From the NCBI GenBank assembly GCA_963812015.1, contig CAWETI010000003.1:1248001-1312000 (forward strand): a stretch of DNA of 64,000 bases, read 5' to 3'. The stretch is from an uncultured delta proteobacterium. GTDB taxonomy: Bacteria; Desulfobacterota; Desulfobaccia; Desulfobaccales; 0-14-0-80-60-11. Below the pieces are notes generated by a model that was not told where the DNA came from, did no database searches, and worked only from the letters and a program-made list of their open reading frames with translations. The position numbers were made by a program, and so were the translations under genes. This document shows positions 40,138 to 50,028 of this stretch, one piece after another; the stretch's first letter is position 1, and the number at the start of each line of letters is the position of its first letter.

Positions 40138-41385
40138 TTAGCCATTCGGCGTCCTGGGGGCGCAACTTATAAATCCCTGGTCCCGAATCCCCACCGTTGC
40201 CGGGTTCACCCCCCGGGAGGGAATCAGGCCGAGGAGCAGGTGGAAAAACCAACAACTTTGGGGAAAAAGCAGCCCATCAAAGAGTTGAAAATGCGCCAGC
40301 GCCGCGATAAGGGGGAACAGGAGTACCAGGGGATGGAAAAACAGCCCCGGCGGGGGTTTGAAGGCCAGGCCTATCAATCTGGCCAGGAGAATCCCCAGGG
40401 CGGCCAGATAGGTCAGGGTGAAAGGAAACCCCATACCAACCAAAAAAGTTAACAACATATTGTCGGCGCTGACGAGGTCGCGCACGTTTTGGGTAAAATG
40501 CGTTTTGGTGGCGTCCGGGTATTTGGTCTGGTAATCCTGAAGAAATATATCCCGGGGGGCCCGAAGGCCGATCCCGAGCCAGGGATATTTTTTAGCAATA
40601 CTCCAGGAGAAAGGGAAGTTTTCAACCCGGTAAGCAGGATAGGCCAGGGAGAGCTTGTGCCAGATGATTTTTTGATGAAGCACTCCCACCACCAGGGCCA
40701 TGGCCAGGCATAAGATCACAAAATATTTCCAGCGCAGGGTTCCAAATAAGACGCCCACCAGGCAGACTCCCAGGGGGATGAACACCACGGATATCCTTTC
40801 GCTGAGGCACAAAGTGATATAGCTGAGGGCCAGGAGGATGAGACCCAGGAGCATCAAGGGCCGCGACTTGCGGCCCAGCAGGGACAAGGGCGCAAAGGAC
40901 AGGAGCAGAATCACATTGGTGAGGGGATGGCTGCGGTCACAGATAAAATGTTCAATGTAGCCGGTGAGCATGTACCCCAGGAAGCTGAGGAGCAGCAGTC
41001 CTCCCAATAATCCCAGGCAGAGCCAGGTAAACCGGCGTTGATTTTCCGGAGTCTGCAGCAGGAGCCGGGCGCACCAAAATCCTCCCAACCCGGAGCTTAA
41101 TAAAGCGAACACCCGGAAGGAAGAAGGTAAGGGAGTGAGGCTGAAGGCCGCGCCCACCCCGGCCATCACCGCCAGGGCCGCGGAAATCAAGCATTCCGGC
41201 GACCTGAGCTTGATGGCGCCTCGGGGGCTGAGGACCACCGCCACCACCAGGGTGAGGAAACACAGCAAGCCGGAAAACAGGTTGGTTCTCTCCCCGGCCA
41301 CCAACAAGAACGAGGGGTGCTGCAAGACCAACTGGCAGGAGGTGGCGGCAAAAAATATCCAGATAACCTTTTCCGATCCGGTCAT
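40138..41385 (-). CDS. O-antigen ligase-like (Wzy_C) membrane protein
   Basis: About 12 TMs; SERIS, YRVE...W.I....PWLGIG and DN.LL motifs. Start taken at ATG 41385 (alternative 41505). Confidence 0.65.
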   Translation of the reverse strand: MTGSEKVIWIFFAATSCQLVLQHPSFLLVAGERTNLFSGLLCFLTLVVAVVLSPRGAIKLRSPECLISAALAVMAGVGAAFSLTPLPSSFRVFALLSSGLGGFWCARLLLQTPENQRRFTWLCLGLLGGLLLLSFLGYMLTGYIEHFICDRSHPLTNVILLLSFAPLSLLGRKSRPLMLLGLILLALSYITLCLSERISVVFIPLGVCLVGVLFGTLRWKYFVILCLAMALVVGVLHQKIIWHKLSLAYPAYRVENFPFSWSIAKKYPWLGIGLRAPRDIFLQDYQTKYPDATKTHFTQNVRDLVSADNMLLTFLVGMGFPFTLTYLAALGILLARLIGLAFKPPPGLFFHPLVLLFPLIAALAHFQLFDGLLFPQSCWFFHLLLGLIPSRGVNPATVGIRDQGFISCAPRTPNG

Positions 41386-41614
41386 TGCTGCCGATTCTCT
41401 TGGGGCCGCCACCCCGGTGAGGTCAAGCGGTTTGCTTTTTGGGAAAAATCTTAGTATGAAATTCACGTGACAGGTCAGCGCGCCAGGCGAGGCGTCCTTG
41501 CCCATTTGGCCTCAGATAGCCGGTGACTGGTGATGCGCAGCAGATTCGTGGGTTCGGTCCACCCAAAGCATTATTAACCTTATTTATTAGCAGATAATCA
41601 GGAGAAATGAAAGT

Positions 41615-42448
41615 ATGTTGGCCGGAAAAAAAGTGTTGGTGGTCATGCCCGCCTATAATGCCGCCCAAACCCTGGAACGCACCTTCCGGGACATCCCCGC
41701 TGATGTGGTGGATGATGTGTTGTTAGTGGACGACGCCTCCCACGATGAGACGGTGGAGGTGGCCCGGCGGCTCGGCATCCGGTGTTTTCTGCATGAGCGG
41801 AACCTGGGCTATGGTCGCAACCAGAAAACCTGTTACACCGAGGCCTTGAAATTGGGCGCCGATATCGTGGTGATGGTCCACCCCGATTATCAATATTCCC
41901 CAAAAATCATCCCGGCCCTGGCCGGCTTGGTGGCCAGCGGCGAATACGAGGTGGCCATCGGCTCCAGAATTTTAGGAGGGAAAACCCGGCAGGGGGGTAT
42001 GCCCGTCTATAAATATTTATTCAACCGCATGCTCACCCTCTTCCAAAATCTGCTCCTGGGCGCCAAACTCTCCGAGTACCACACGGGTTTTCGGGCCTTC
42101 TCCCGGAAAGTCCTGGAGACCCTCCCCCTGTGGGAGAACTCTGACGATTTTGTTTTCGACAACCAGATGCTGGCCCAGGTCATTTACTTCGGTTTTCCCA
42201 TCGGCGAGGTTTCCTGTCCCACCCGCTATTTCGAGGAAGCCTCTTCCATCAATTTTCCCCGGAGCGTGAAATACGGCCTGGGAGTAGTGGCGACTTCGGT
42301 GCAATTTTTTCTGCAAAAGCGCGGCTGGGTCCACTGCCGCATCTTTTCACCCCAGGGCCGGGGGCTCAGGCCCGGAAATTATTATGCCGAATCGGAGACG
42401 GGCCAGGCTGGCTCCAGCCCCTCGCCGCCGGCTGCCTCCCCTGAATGA
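41615..42448 (+). CDS. Glycosyltransferase family 2 (DPM1-like polyprenyl-phosphate sugar synthase)
   Basis: [29 protein letters not shown] and YHTGFRAF motifs. Confidence 0.88.
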   Translation: MLAGKKVLVVMPAYNAAQTLERTFRDIPADVVDDVLLVDDASHDETVEVARRLGIRCFLHERNLGYGRNQKTCYTEALKLGADIVVMVHPDYQYSPKIIPALAGLVASGEYEVAIGSRILGGKTRQGGMPVYKYLFNRMLTLFQNLLLGAKLSEYHTGFRAFSRKVLETLPLWENSDDFVFDNQMLAQVIYFGFPIGEVSCPTRYFEEASSINFPRSVKYGLGVVATSVQFFLQKRGWVHCRIFSPQGRGLRPGNYYAESETGQAGSSPSPPAASPE

Positions 42449-42513
42449 GCCGGGGGCTGTCACTGCGTTTCAGGTATTGCAGCCGGCTAGTTCGGGGCAG
42501 GTGAAGGGCAGGC

Positions 42514-43602
42514 TCAAAGGCCGGGGGGTTCCTTAAGCCCGGCAACCTGACCGATCTGCGTCTCCCCGCTCCTCCGCCAGTCCTCCCCCAGTTCCGCCAG
42601 GGTCACGCCCTGCACCGGGCCGGTCTGCACCAGCCAGGTCAGGAAGGTGCGAATCTTAGCTGTAAACCGGTTGACCGCGGCCTCGGTGGGAAAGAGTCGG
42701 GAGGCCCCGGGTTTGAGCTCGGAGGAGTGGAAAAACATGGTAAGCACCCGGCCCCCGCGCCGGCGGTGCAGGGAGGCCGCTAATTTAAGGGGATAAAGGG
42801 GATACCAGGCCGGCTGCACCCCCGAGACGGCCAAATACCGGAATAACCAGCGCAGGCGTCTGCCCCAGGGAGGGGAGGCCAATGCGGCCAGGCGCGCCAC
42901 CAACTCCGGAGTCCCGGGCACCGTCGGTACCATGGTGATGGGGACCTCCAGCAGATTTCTCCCCCCCGGCCTGGAGTCCCAGAGGGGAAAAGGGTCCGCC
43001 GGGGCCAGAAAACCCCGGGGATCGGGATTCTTATAGGTGAGGGGCGCCACGCTGCTGTCCACCTCGAGGTCGAACTCCGGCAAGAGGCTCCAGACCTGAG
43101 GACCCGCATCAAACCGACCCATGCGGAAGGATCGGGGCTTGACCTCCAGGGCGTTTCGGACCTGGGCGGTCAAGTTGGCGAATTTGTCCCGGAGGAGTCC
43201 CCGGGGCAGGCGTTCGGAGCGCACCGGTTCGGGCTCGGGCGGATCAAGAAAAGGCGGGGTGTTCCAGGGGTGCAGATGGAGGCCGATCTCCGCCCCGTAG
43301 CGGTCCCGCCAGTGGGCCAGGACCCGGCAGGCGGCGGGGTCTTGGGCTACCCGGTAGGTGACCAGGAGGGTCAGGGGCAGGCCGAACTCCTGGGGGATGA
43401 ACGCCAGACGCTCCAGTTCGGCCACGTTGGTCACGCCCGGGGGGGTACGGGGATAGAGGCCGGAAAACAGCCCTTCCTCTTCCACGTCCAGGGAGATCAC
43501 CAATTTCATGGGCCATCCGCCCGGCTGGTCCTGATGATTCCCGCCATGGGGATTGAACAGGATAGGCTGATCCTCGGGTTGTGGTTCCTTGACGTCCATC
43601 AT
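42514..43602 (-). CDS. Polysaccharide deacetylase-like protein (WalW/CE4-like)
   Basis: SLDVEEE, EIGLHLHPWNTPP, SFRMGRF, DSS and FHSSEL.PG motifs. Confidence 0.75.
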   Translation of the reverse strand: MMDVKEPQPEDQPILFNPHGGNHQDQPGGWPMKLVISLDVEEEGLFSGLYPRTPPGVTNVAELERLAFIPQEFGLPLTLLVTYRVAQDPAACRVLAHWRDRYGAEIGLHLHPWNTPPFLDPPEPEPVRSERLPRGLLRDKFANLTAQVRNALEVKPRSFRMGRFDAGPQVWSLLPEFDLEVDSSVAPLTYKNPDPRGFLAPADPFPLWDSRPGGRNLLEVPITMVPTVPGTPELVARLAALASPPWGRRLRWLFRYLAVSGVQPAWYPLYPLKLAASLHRRRGGRVLTMFFHSSELKPGASRLFPTEAAVNRFTAKIRTFLTWLVQTGPVQGVTLAELGEDWRRSGETQIGQVAGLKEPPGL

Positions 43603-44804
43603 CTCAGGTCCAGGACCACCTTGAGGCTCTGGTGGCGGCGCTTGTCGAAGGCCGCCTGGAAGGCCCGGCGGTAATCGGCCAGCGGGAAGAGGTGGGAAAC
43701 CAGCCCCTGGGAGGGGTAATCCCCCCGGGCCAGCAATTCCACGGCCTTGGGATAGGTCCGGACGGTCTGGCCCTGACAGACGCCGTAGGCGTAGGTGGAG
43801 GAGCCGGTGAGCTTGAGCTCCCTAAACCACAGGCTGGAGATATCCACCGGGCCCAAGGCCCCGGCGGTCCCCACCAGGACGTAGGTCCCCCGGCCCCTCA
43901 GGGTCAGGAGCCCCTCTTGCAAGGAGGTCTTGGACCCGACACAGTCGAAGAACAGGTCGGCGCCGCCCTCCAGGTTGCCGCCCCCCAGGGTGGTGAGTAC
44001 CAGGCGGGCCCCCACGGCGTCTCCCAGCAGGGTCCGGCCGGGGTTCGACATGACCACGCTGGCTCCCCCTTCAATGGCCAGTTCCGCCTGGAAGGGGTAC
44101 CGGGCCACCATCACCACCCGGGCGGCGGAGCCCAGGGCCCGGAGCAGACGAATCAGGTGCTGGCCGATGATGCCGGCGCCATAAATCACCACGGTGTGGC
44201 GGTCGTCCGGAAAGTGGTCCAGGACCGGTTGAAGGGCCGAGGCCAGGGAATCGGCGAGCACCGCCACCTCATCCGGGAGATTGTCCGGCACCCGCACCAG
44301 CCGGCTGGGATGGGCGGCCATCATCTCGGCCATGCCGCCCCCCACGCCCCGGGTGAGGCCCAGAATCACCCCGGGGGCCAACTCACCCTCCAGGAAATTT
44401 TCGCAGAGGTTATAGGCCCCTGCGGCGCAGTAACGGCACGGCGGCACCCCCCTGACTTCGCAGGGAAGGACCGGCTCCACCACCACCCGGTCCCCCGGCC
44501 GCCATTCCGACCCCGAGGGGGCTTCCGCCACTTCGGCCACTACCTCGTGGCCCAAGACCGCCGGCAGGGAGGCGTAGGGTTCCAGCAAAAAGGATTCGGC
44601 GCCCTTGAGCAGCCCCAGGTCGGAACCGCAGATGCCGCACAGGCGGGGGCGCAGTACCACCCAGGAAGGCCCGGGGGGGCTGAACTCCACTTCTTGCAAC
44701 CTGAGGGGCGCCACCCGGGCAAAGAAGGTCCGATGCCAGAAGCGGTTCAGGCCTTTGGCCAGTAAGTAGCGCCAGACCGAGCGATAATAAACCAGGGCTT
44801 TCAT
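43599..44804 (-). CDS. Zinc-dependent medium-chain dehydrogenase/reductase
   Basis: CGICGSD, LGHE, structural-Zn C..CxxC..C and GAGIIG motifs. Confidence 0.88.
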   Translation of the reverse strand: MKALVYYRSVWRYLLAKGLNRFWHRTFFARVAPLRLQEVEFSPPGPSWVVLRPRLCGICGSDLGLLKGAESFLLEPYASLPAVLGHEVVAEVAEAPSGSEWRPGDRVVVEPVLPCEVRGVPPCRYCAAGAYNLCENFLEGELAPGVILGLTRGVGGGMAEMMAAHPSRLVRVPDNLPDEVAVLADSLASALQPVLDHFPDDRHTVVIYGAGIIGQHLIRLLRALGSAARVVMVARYPFQAELAIEGGASVVMSNPGRTLLGDAVGARLVLTTLGGGNLEGGADLFFDCVGSKTSLQEGLLTLRGRGTYVLVGTAGALGPVDISSLWFRELKLTGSSTYAYGVCQGQTVRTYPKAVELLARGDYPSQGLVSHLFPLADYRRAFQAAFDKRRHQSLKVVLDLR

Positions 44805-45001
44805 GGGATTCGATTTATCGTGGGACAGGTTTCCTTTTTCGTGCTTCCCAGGACTCTGTCCCGGGAAGGGGAGCTTGTCAAGACCATTCTTTCTCCCGGG
44901 GGTTGGGGATTCAACCGCATTGGGGTATAATGGCTGATAAATTGGGACTCGTCAGGCCCCGCGGCGTTTATTATACCAAAATATCGAGGAACATAATTTT
45001 C

Positions 45002-46216
45002 ATGGGAACCAGGAGCAGGATCGCGCTGGGAGTGGTGCTTAAAAACTTCCGGCGCCTGGCGAAACATCCCTGGATCGGCACCAAGCTGGCGACCCTCCAG
45101 GGTGAAAAATGGCTCTTCAACCTGCTCTATCCCCGGGCCCACACCGGGGAGGCCCGGAAAATCCGCCAATTGAGCTTCCGCATCACCGACCTCTGTAATC
45201 TCCGCTGCCACACCTGCGGCCAGTGGGGCGACCAGGGATTTCTTCACGGCCAGAATTTACGGAACTTGAAACGGAACGAAGTCTCTCTGGATCGCTACCT
45301 GGAAGTCTTGCGGGATCTGACCCAGCACGGCCACCACCCCTTTGTGTATCTCTGGGGCGGCGAACCTATGCTCTACGAGGGCTCCCTGGAGTTGATCGAG
45401 GCGGCCACCGCCCTGGGGCTGCCCACCTCCATCGCCACCAACGGCACCCGGATTGCCGCCGCCGCCGAGCGGCTGGTCCGGGCCCCGATGTTTCTGCTGC
45501 AGCTTTCCATCGACGGCCCTGATGCCGCCCTGCACAACCAGGCGCGGCCGGGGGTGGGGGGGGCCGACAACTTCGCCGATATTCAGGCCGCCCTGGCCGC
45601 GGTGGGCGAGGCCAGGCGGGCCCACCGCGGCACCCTCCCCCTGATTGCCTCCCTCACCACCATTTCCCAGGCCAATTTCCGGCACCTGGTGGACATCTAC
45701 GAGGCCTTTCGGGACAAGGTGGACCTGTTTGTCTTTTACCTGTCCTGGTGGATCGACGAAGAGCGGTGCGAGGCCCACGAAGCTGACTTTAGCCGCCGCT
45801 TCGGGTTTACGCCGGTGCGCCCCCGGGGCTGGGTGGGCGGATGGAAGCCGGATGACTACCGGGAGCTGAACCGCCAGCTCGAGGCGGTGCTGGACCGGTC
45901 CCGGCCGGGGCCGGCGCCGCCGGTCACTGTGATCCCCTCCATTACCGGGGAGGACAACCTGCGCGCCTATTACACCGACCACGGGAACTACTTCGGCTTT
46001 CAACAGTGCATCTCCATCTTCCAGGCCGTGGAAGTCAACAGCAACGGCGACCTCTCTCCCTGCCGGGACTACCATGACTATGTGGTAGGGAACATCAAAG
46101 AAGCCACCATCACCGAGCTTTGGAACTCGCCGGCTTACCGGCGGTTCCGCCGCAGCCTGAGCACCGAGGGGTTGATGCCCGTGTGCTCGCGCTGCTGTGG
46201 TTTGATGGGGTATTGA
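45002..46216 (+). CDS. Radical SAM protein with SPASM/twitch domain
   Basis: CNLRCHTC, WGGEP, TNG and SIDG motifs; C-terminal C..G...PC...GNI....I.E.WN....R..C.RCC. Confidence 0.9.
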   Translation: MGTRSRIALGVVLKNFRRLAKHPWIGTKLATLQGEKWLFNLLYPRAHTGEARKIRQLSFRITDLCNLRCHTCGQWGDQGFLHGQNLRNLKRNEVSLDRYLEVLRDLTQHGHHPFVYLWGGEPMLYEGSLELIEAATALGLPTSIATNGTRIAAAAERLVRAPMFLLQLSIDGPDAALHNQARPGVGGADNFADIQAALAAVGEARRAHRGTLPLIASLTTISQANFRHLVDIYEAFRDKVDLFVFYLSWWIDEERCEAHEADFSRRFGFTPVRPRGWVGGWKPDDYRELNRQLEAVLDRSRPGPAPPVTVIPSITGEDNLRAYYTDHGNYFGFQQCISIFQAVEVNSNGDLSPCRDYHDYVVGNIKEATITELWNSPAYRRFRRSLSTEGLMPVCSRCCGLMGY

Positions 46217-46230
46217 GATGCAGAGAACTT

Positions 46231-46374
46231 GTGGGGGAGGGGTGCAGGAGCGGGACAGCCGTTGCCTCCCCCCCAACCTCCCTTCTCCACACCCGTTCAG
46301 GGGGTTGGGAGGGGAGTTTGAGGGGAGGGCGGGGGACTTGACTTACGAAAAATCCCCCGGCCCTCTCCTCAAAA
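46231..46374. repeat. G/C-rich compound palindromic element
   Basis: Inverted arms TTTGAGGGGAGGGCGGGGGA (about 46317-46336) / TCCCCCGGCCCTCTCCTCAAA (about 46353-46373), plus TGGGGGAGG / CCTCCCCCCA upstream. Confidence 0.6.
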
Positions 46375-46397
46375 CCATTCCTGCCTCCTCAGCCCCG

Positions 46398-47471
46398 GTG
46401 CGCCTGGTAGTGCTCCTGCAAGATTTAAAGTTCGGGGGCACCCAGCGCCAGGCCCTGGAGTTGGCCCGGCGCCTTGATCCCACCCGGTTTCAGGTGGAGG
46501 TCTGGCTGCTGGCGGCGGGGGAGGAGATGGCCCCTGGGGCACGGCGTCACGGCATCCCTTTGATTTGGCTGGGCCGGCAGGAACGGGTGGGGCCGATGGC
46601 CTTGGCCCGGTTAGGACGGCGGCTTGCCCATCAGCCCGTCGACGTGCTCATGCCCCTCACCGTGGTACCCAATATCTGGGGCCGGGTGCTGGGCCGCCTG
46701 GCCCGGGTGCCGGTGATTGTGGGCAACTGCCGGGGCGGCGGGGCTCCCCGGCGCCAACACGAACGCTTACTCTGGCCTCTGGCCCACCATATCCTGTGCA
46801 ACAGCCAGGTCTTAAAAGCCGTCTTAACCGACCGCTGCGGGGTCCCGGAACGCCGCATCACGGTGATCCCCAACGGGGTGGACTCGGATTATTTTCAGCC
46901 TGCCGCCGAGCCTGGCGCGGGGCCGCCCCGGGTATTGTCTCTGGCCCGAATGGTGCCGGATAAAGACCACGACATCCTGATCGAGGCCTTTCGCCTGACG
47001 GTCCGGGAGCACCCCGAGGCGGAACTGTGGCTGGTGGGGGATGGCCCCCGCCTGGAGGAGGTCCGGGACCTGTCCCGGCGGCTCCTGCCTCCGGACCGGG
47101 TCAGATTCCTACCCCCCCGGGAGGACCTGCGGCCCTTGTTGCACCAGGCCAGCCTCCTGGTGCTCAGTTCTCGAACCGAAGCCCTGCCCAACGTGGTCCT
47201 GGAGGCCATGGCGGCGGGCCTGCCGGTGGTGGCCACCCGGGTGGGCGGAGTTCCCGAACTGGTGAGGCCGGGGCTGACTGGCTGGCTGGTGGCCCCGGGG
47301 GACGCCCCAGGGCTGGCCGCGGCCCTGGGCCAGGTGCTGGGAGACCCCGCCACCCGGCAAGCCATGGGTCGGGCCGGACGACTGCGGGCGCGGCAAGAAT
47401 TTTCCCTGGATACCATGACGCAACGGTACGAGGCGGTGCTGCTCAATCTCCTCAAGCAGGTGAGACGCTAA
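46398..47471 (+). CDS. Glycosyltransferase family 4
   Basis: Probable GTG start at 46398 after the palindrome; GGTQRQ, IPNGVD and EALPNVVLEAMAAG motifs. Confidence 0.85.
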   Translation: MRLVVLLQDLKFGGTQRQALELARRLDPTRFQVEVWLLAAGEEMAPGARRHGIPLIWLGRQERVGPMALARLGRRLAHQPVDVLMPLTVVPNIWGRVLGRLARVPVIVGNCRGGGAPRRQHERLLWPLAHHILCNSQVLKAVLTDRCGVPERRITVIPNGVDSDYFQPAAEPGAGPPRVLSLARMVPDKDHDILIEAFRLTVREHPEAELWLVGDGPRLEEVRDLSRRLLPPDRVRFLPPREDLRPLLHQASLLVLSSRTEALPNVVLEAMAAGLPVVATRVGGVPELVRPGLTGWLVAPGDAPGLAAALGQVLGDPATRQAMGRAGRLRARQEFSLDTMTQRYEAVLLNLLKQVRR

Positions 47472-47473
47472 AG

Positions 47474-48712
47474 ATGGCCGGACCCCGGGTGGCCTACATT
47501 CTTCTCTGGTTTCCCGAACCCACCCAGACGTTTATTCTGGATGAGGTCAATAGCCTGGTGCGCCTGGGCCTGGACGTCAAGGTTTACACCCTCTTCGGGC
47601 CGCGGCCGGCCTCCCGCCTGGAGGGGATGGCCGAGGTATTAGCGCCGGTGCATCATTTGGGGACGGGCGCCCTTAGACTCCTGAGCCGGGATCTGCTGCG
47701 TCCCGGCCTCAACTGGGGCCCAGAGGCGGCGGCGTTTTGTCGGCAGGTGGCGATGCGCCGCTGGCGCAACCTGGAGACCTGGGGCGAGGCCCTGTGGGCC
47801 GGGTTTGCCGGTGTGCACCTGGCTGGGGTGATGACTGCCGACGGGATCGACCATATTCACGCCCCTTGGGCCAACGGCCCGGCCACCGCCGCCTGGGTGG
47901 CCTCGACCCTCAGCCGCATCCCCTTCAGCTTCAGCGGCCGGGCCCACGACCTCTATCCCTCCGACGGGGCCCTGGGGGAAAAAATGGCGGCCGCCAGCTT
48001 TGTCCGCACCAACACCCAAATCAACCAGCGCTACCTGGCGGAACTGTTTCCCCACCTGGCCGGGAAGGTGGTGAACATTTACAACGGCGTTTCCCTGGCG
48101 GCGCCGGCCGCCCCCCGGCCCCCGGCCCGGCCGCCCTTTCACCTGCTGGCCCTGGGCCGCCTGGTGCCCAAAAAGGGATTTACGGTCCTCATCAGGGGCT
48201 GCCGCTATCTGACCGCCCAGGGGGTGGATTTTCGCCTCACCCTGGCCGGCGACGGCCCGGAGCGGGGGATAATTCGAGACCTCATCCGCCAGCAAGGGCT
48301 GGCGGACCGGGTGAGCCTGCCCGGGGCGGTGCCTCACCGGGAGGTGGCCCGACTCATGGCCCAGGCCGACCTCCTGGTCACGCCCAGTCTGATTGCGCCC
48401 TCCGGAGACCGGGACGGCATTCCCAATGTGATCATGGAGGCCTTGTTCTTTGAGGTGCCGGTGGTGGCTTCCGCGGTCTCCGGCATCCCCGAGGTCATCC
48501 GGGAAGGCGATACCGGCTGGCTGACCGAACCCAATGATCCCGAAGCCCTGGCCCGGACCGTAGCCGCGGCCCTGGCCGACCCCCATGAGGCCCGGCGCCG
48601 GGCTGAGAAGGGCCGGGCCCTGGTGGCCCGGGAGTTCGACTCCCTGAGAAACTACGCGAAATTGAAGGGGCTGTTCGAGGGGGCTATTACTCGGCTGGAA
48701 AAGTTAGCGTAA
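47474..48712 (+). CDS. Glycosyltransferase family 4 (WcaL-like)
   Basis: ATG 47474; FP..TQTFI, HIHA, GRLVPKKG and GDRDGIPNVIMEA motifs. Confidence 0.88.
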   Translation: MAGPRVAYILLWFPEPTQTFILDEVNSLVRLGLDVKVYTLFGPRPASRLEGMAEVLAPVHHLGTGALRLLSRDLLRPGLNWGPEAAAFCRQVAMRRWRNLETWGEALWAGFAGVHLAGVMTADGIDHIHAPWANGPATAAWVASTLSRIPFSFSGRAHDLYPSDGALGEKMAAASFVRTNTQINQRYLAELFPHLAGKVVNIYNGVSLAAPAAPRPPARPPFHLLALGRLVPKKGFTVLIRGCRYLTAQGVDFRLTLAGDGPERGIIRDLIRQQGLADRVSLPGAVPHREVARLMAQADLLVTPSLIAPSGDRDGIPNVIMEALFFEVPVVASAVSGIPEVIREGDTGWLTEPNDPEALARTVAAALADPHEARRRAEKGRALVAREFDSLRNYAKLKGLFEGAITRLEKLA

Positions 48713-48747
48713 ATGATTATCCATACCTCAAAGATGAGCGGTGCATA

Positions 48748-48895
48748 AAGTCCCCCTTTGAAAACGGGGGATTTCTTCTCGTCCCCAAGCTTGGCTTGGC
48801 AACCAGAAGAAAGAACCGCCGGGGGTGGCTGTTCCCCATGTGCATGGCTGATCGTCACCCGCCGGGGTCCTCGGCCCTGAGCCCGTGCCACCCGT
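48748..48895. repeat. Cluster of degenerate palindromic repeats between convergent genes (possible bidirectional terminator)
   Basis: AAGTCCCCCTTT-GAAA-ACGGGGGATTT hairpin, followed by a CCCAAGCTTGGCTTGG remnant resembling the 57248 element. Confidence 0.4.
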
Positions 48896-48903
48896 AACTC
48901 CCC

Positions 48904-49956
48904 TCAATAATCCAACTTCTTTTCCCGGATAAACTGGTCGACCAGAGCGAAGATCTCCTGGTTGCCGCAGAAATTGCCTCCCTGGATATGGGCGCGGCAG
49001 TCCTTCAGGTGCGCTTCGAAGGTGGGGATGATTTCGGGGGGAGGGCGGAATCCGGTGAAGTAGCGGCCGTATCCCAGTCGGTCGATATAGAAGGCGTTGA
49101 GAAACTGTTCAAAGGCGTTTTTGATGGGGAAGGAGATCACCGGCTTGCCGTAGTACAGGGCCTCGGAGGCCAGGGTATGGCTGCCGCCGCAGACCACGTA
49201 GCGGCAGGACGACAGATCGTCCAGAAAGCCGGTCTCGGAATTTTTCTTGAAGTGAAGGTTGCCTTCGGTGCGCGCCTCGTTGAAGCCGTAAACCATCACC
49301 GGTGAGGGGATGGCGCTCAGGAAGGGGAAAAAGCGCTTGAAGGTGGTATAGCCCTGGTAGGCCACTACGTGCTCGCCGATGGTGGCCTGGCGTTCCCGCA
49401 CGCTTTCCCTCAGGAGCGGCGGCAGTATTTTGGCCCGGGCCCCGGGCTTCACCGGGGGCCGGAAAAAGGAGATCACCAGAAAATCCGTGGCCCGGCTGAA
49501 CAGGGAGGACACGGCATAGCTGGTGGAGAGATAACTGGGATACTGGGTCCAGGGGACCGGGTGGCGGCAGCAGGTGATGACGTGTTGATGGTCGATGGAA
49601 AGGCAGGGGACGCCGGTCCGGCGGGACGCCCGGGGCACGAAAAACTCATAATCACTCATGGTCACGTCGGGTTGGAACTGGTCCATGAGGGACAGAATCT
49701 GGCGGAGGTGGCGGCGGGATTGGCCCCTGACCTTGAAGCTGGCGATCAGGGTGGCGAGGACGTCCACGCGGTGGCCCCGGACCACCGTGGGGGGATTGGG
49801 GCATTCCACCACCGGAAATTCCTGTCCCAGGATGGCGGCCCCGGTCTGGTGGCTGACAAAGAGAAACTCGTGCTCGGCAAAATGCCGGGCAATGGTCAGG
49901 GCCCGGACGGCGTGGCCGTGTCCGATCCCATGGACCCCATAGAGAATTCTGGCCAT
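48904..49956 (-). CDS. MJ1255/VC2487-like GT-B glycosyltransferase
   Basis: ILYGVHG.GHGHA.R, SDYE, IDHQH, SEALY.GKP and FEQ.LNA motifs. Confidence 0.82.
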   Translation of the reverse strand: MARILYGVHGIGHGHAVRALTIARHFAEHEFLFVSHQTGAAILGQEFPVVECPNPPTVVRGHRVDVLATLIASFKVRGQSRRHLRQILSLMDQFQPDVTMSDYEFFVPRASRRTGVPCLSIDHQHVITCCRHPVPWTQYPSYLSTSYAVSSLFSRATDFLVISFFRPPVKPGARAKILPPLLRESVRERQATIGEHVVAYQGYTTFKRFFPFLSAIPSPVMVYGFNEARTEGNLHFKKNSETGFLDDLSSCRYVVCGGSHTLASEALYYGKPVISFPIKNAFEQFLNAFYIDRLGYGRYFTGFRPPPEIIPTFEAHLKDCRAHIQGGNFCGNQEIFALVDQFIREKKLDY

Positions 49957-50028
49957 AGCGTTAGGTACCCCAGGAAAGGGCCGGGGTCAGCCGGGGTAAG
50001 GTTTTTTTGACGAGGGCGGGGGCGAAAT

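Noticed and set aside
46218..46397. N-terminal 60 aa of the 46218 GT ORF as coding sequence
   Set aside because: It coincides with a palindromic repeat; GT homology appears to start at about GTG 46398.
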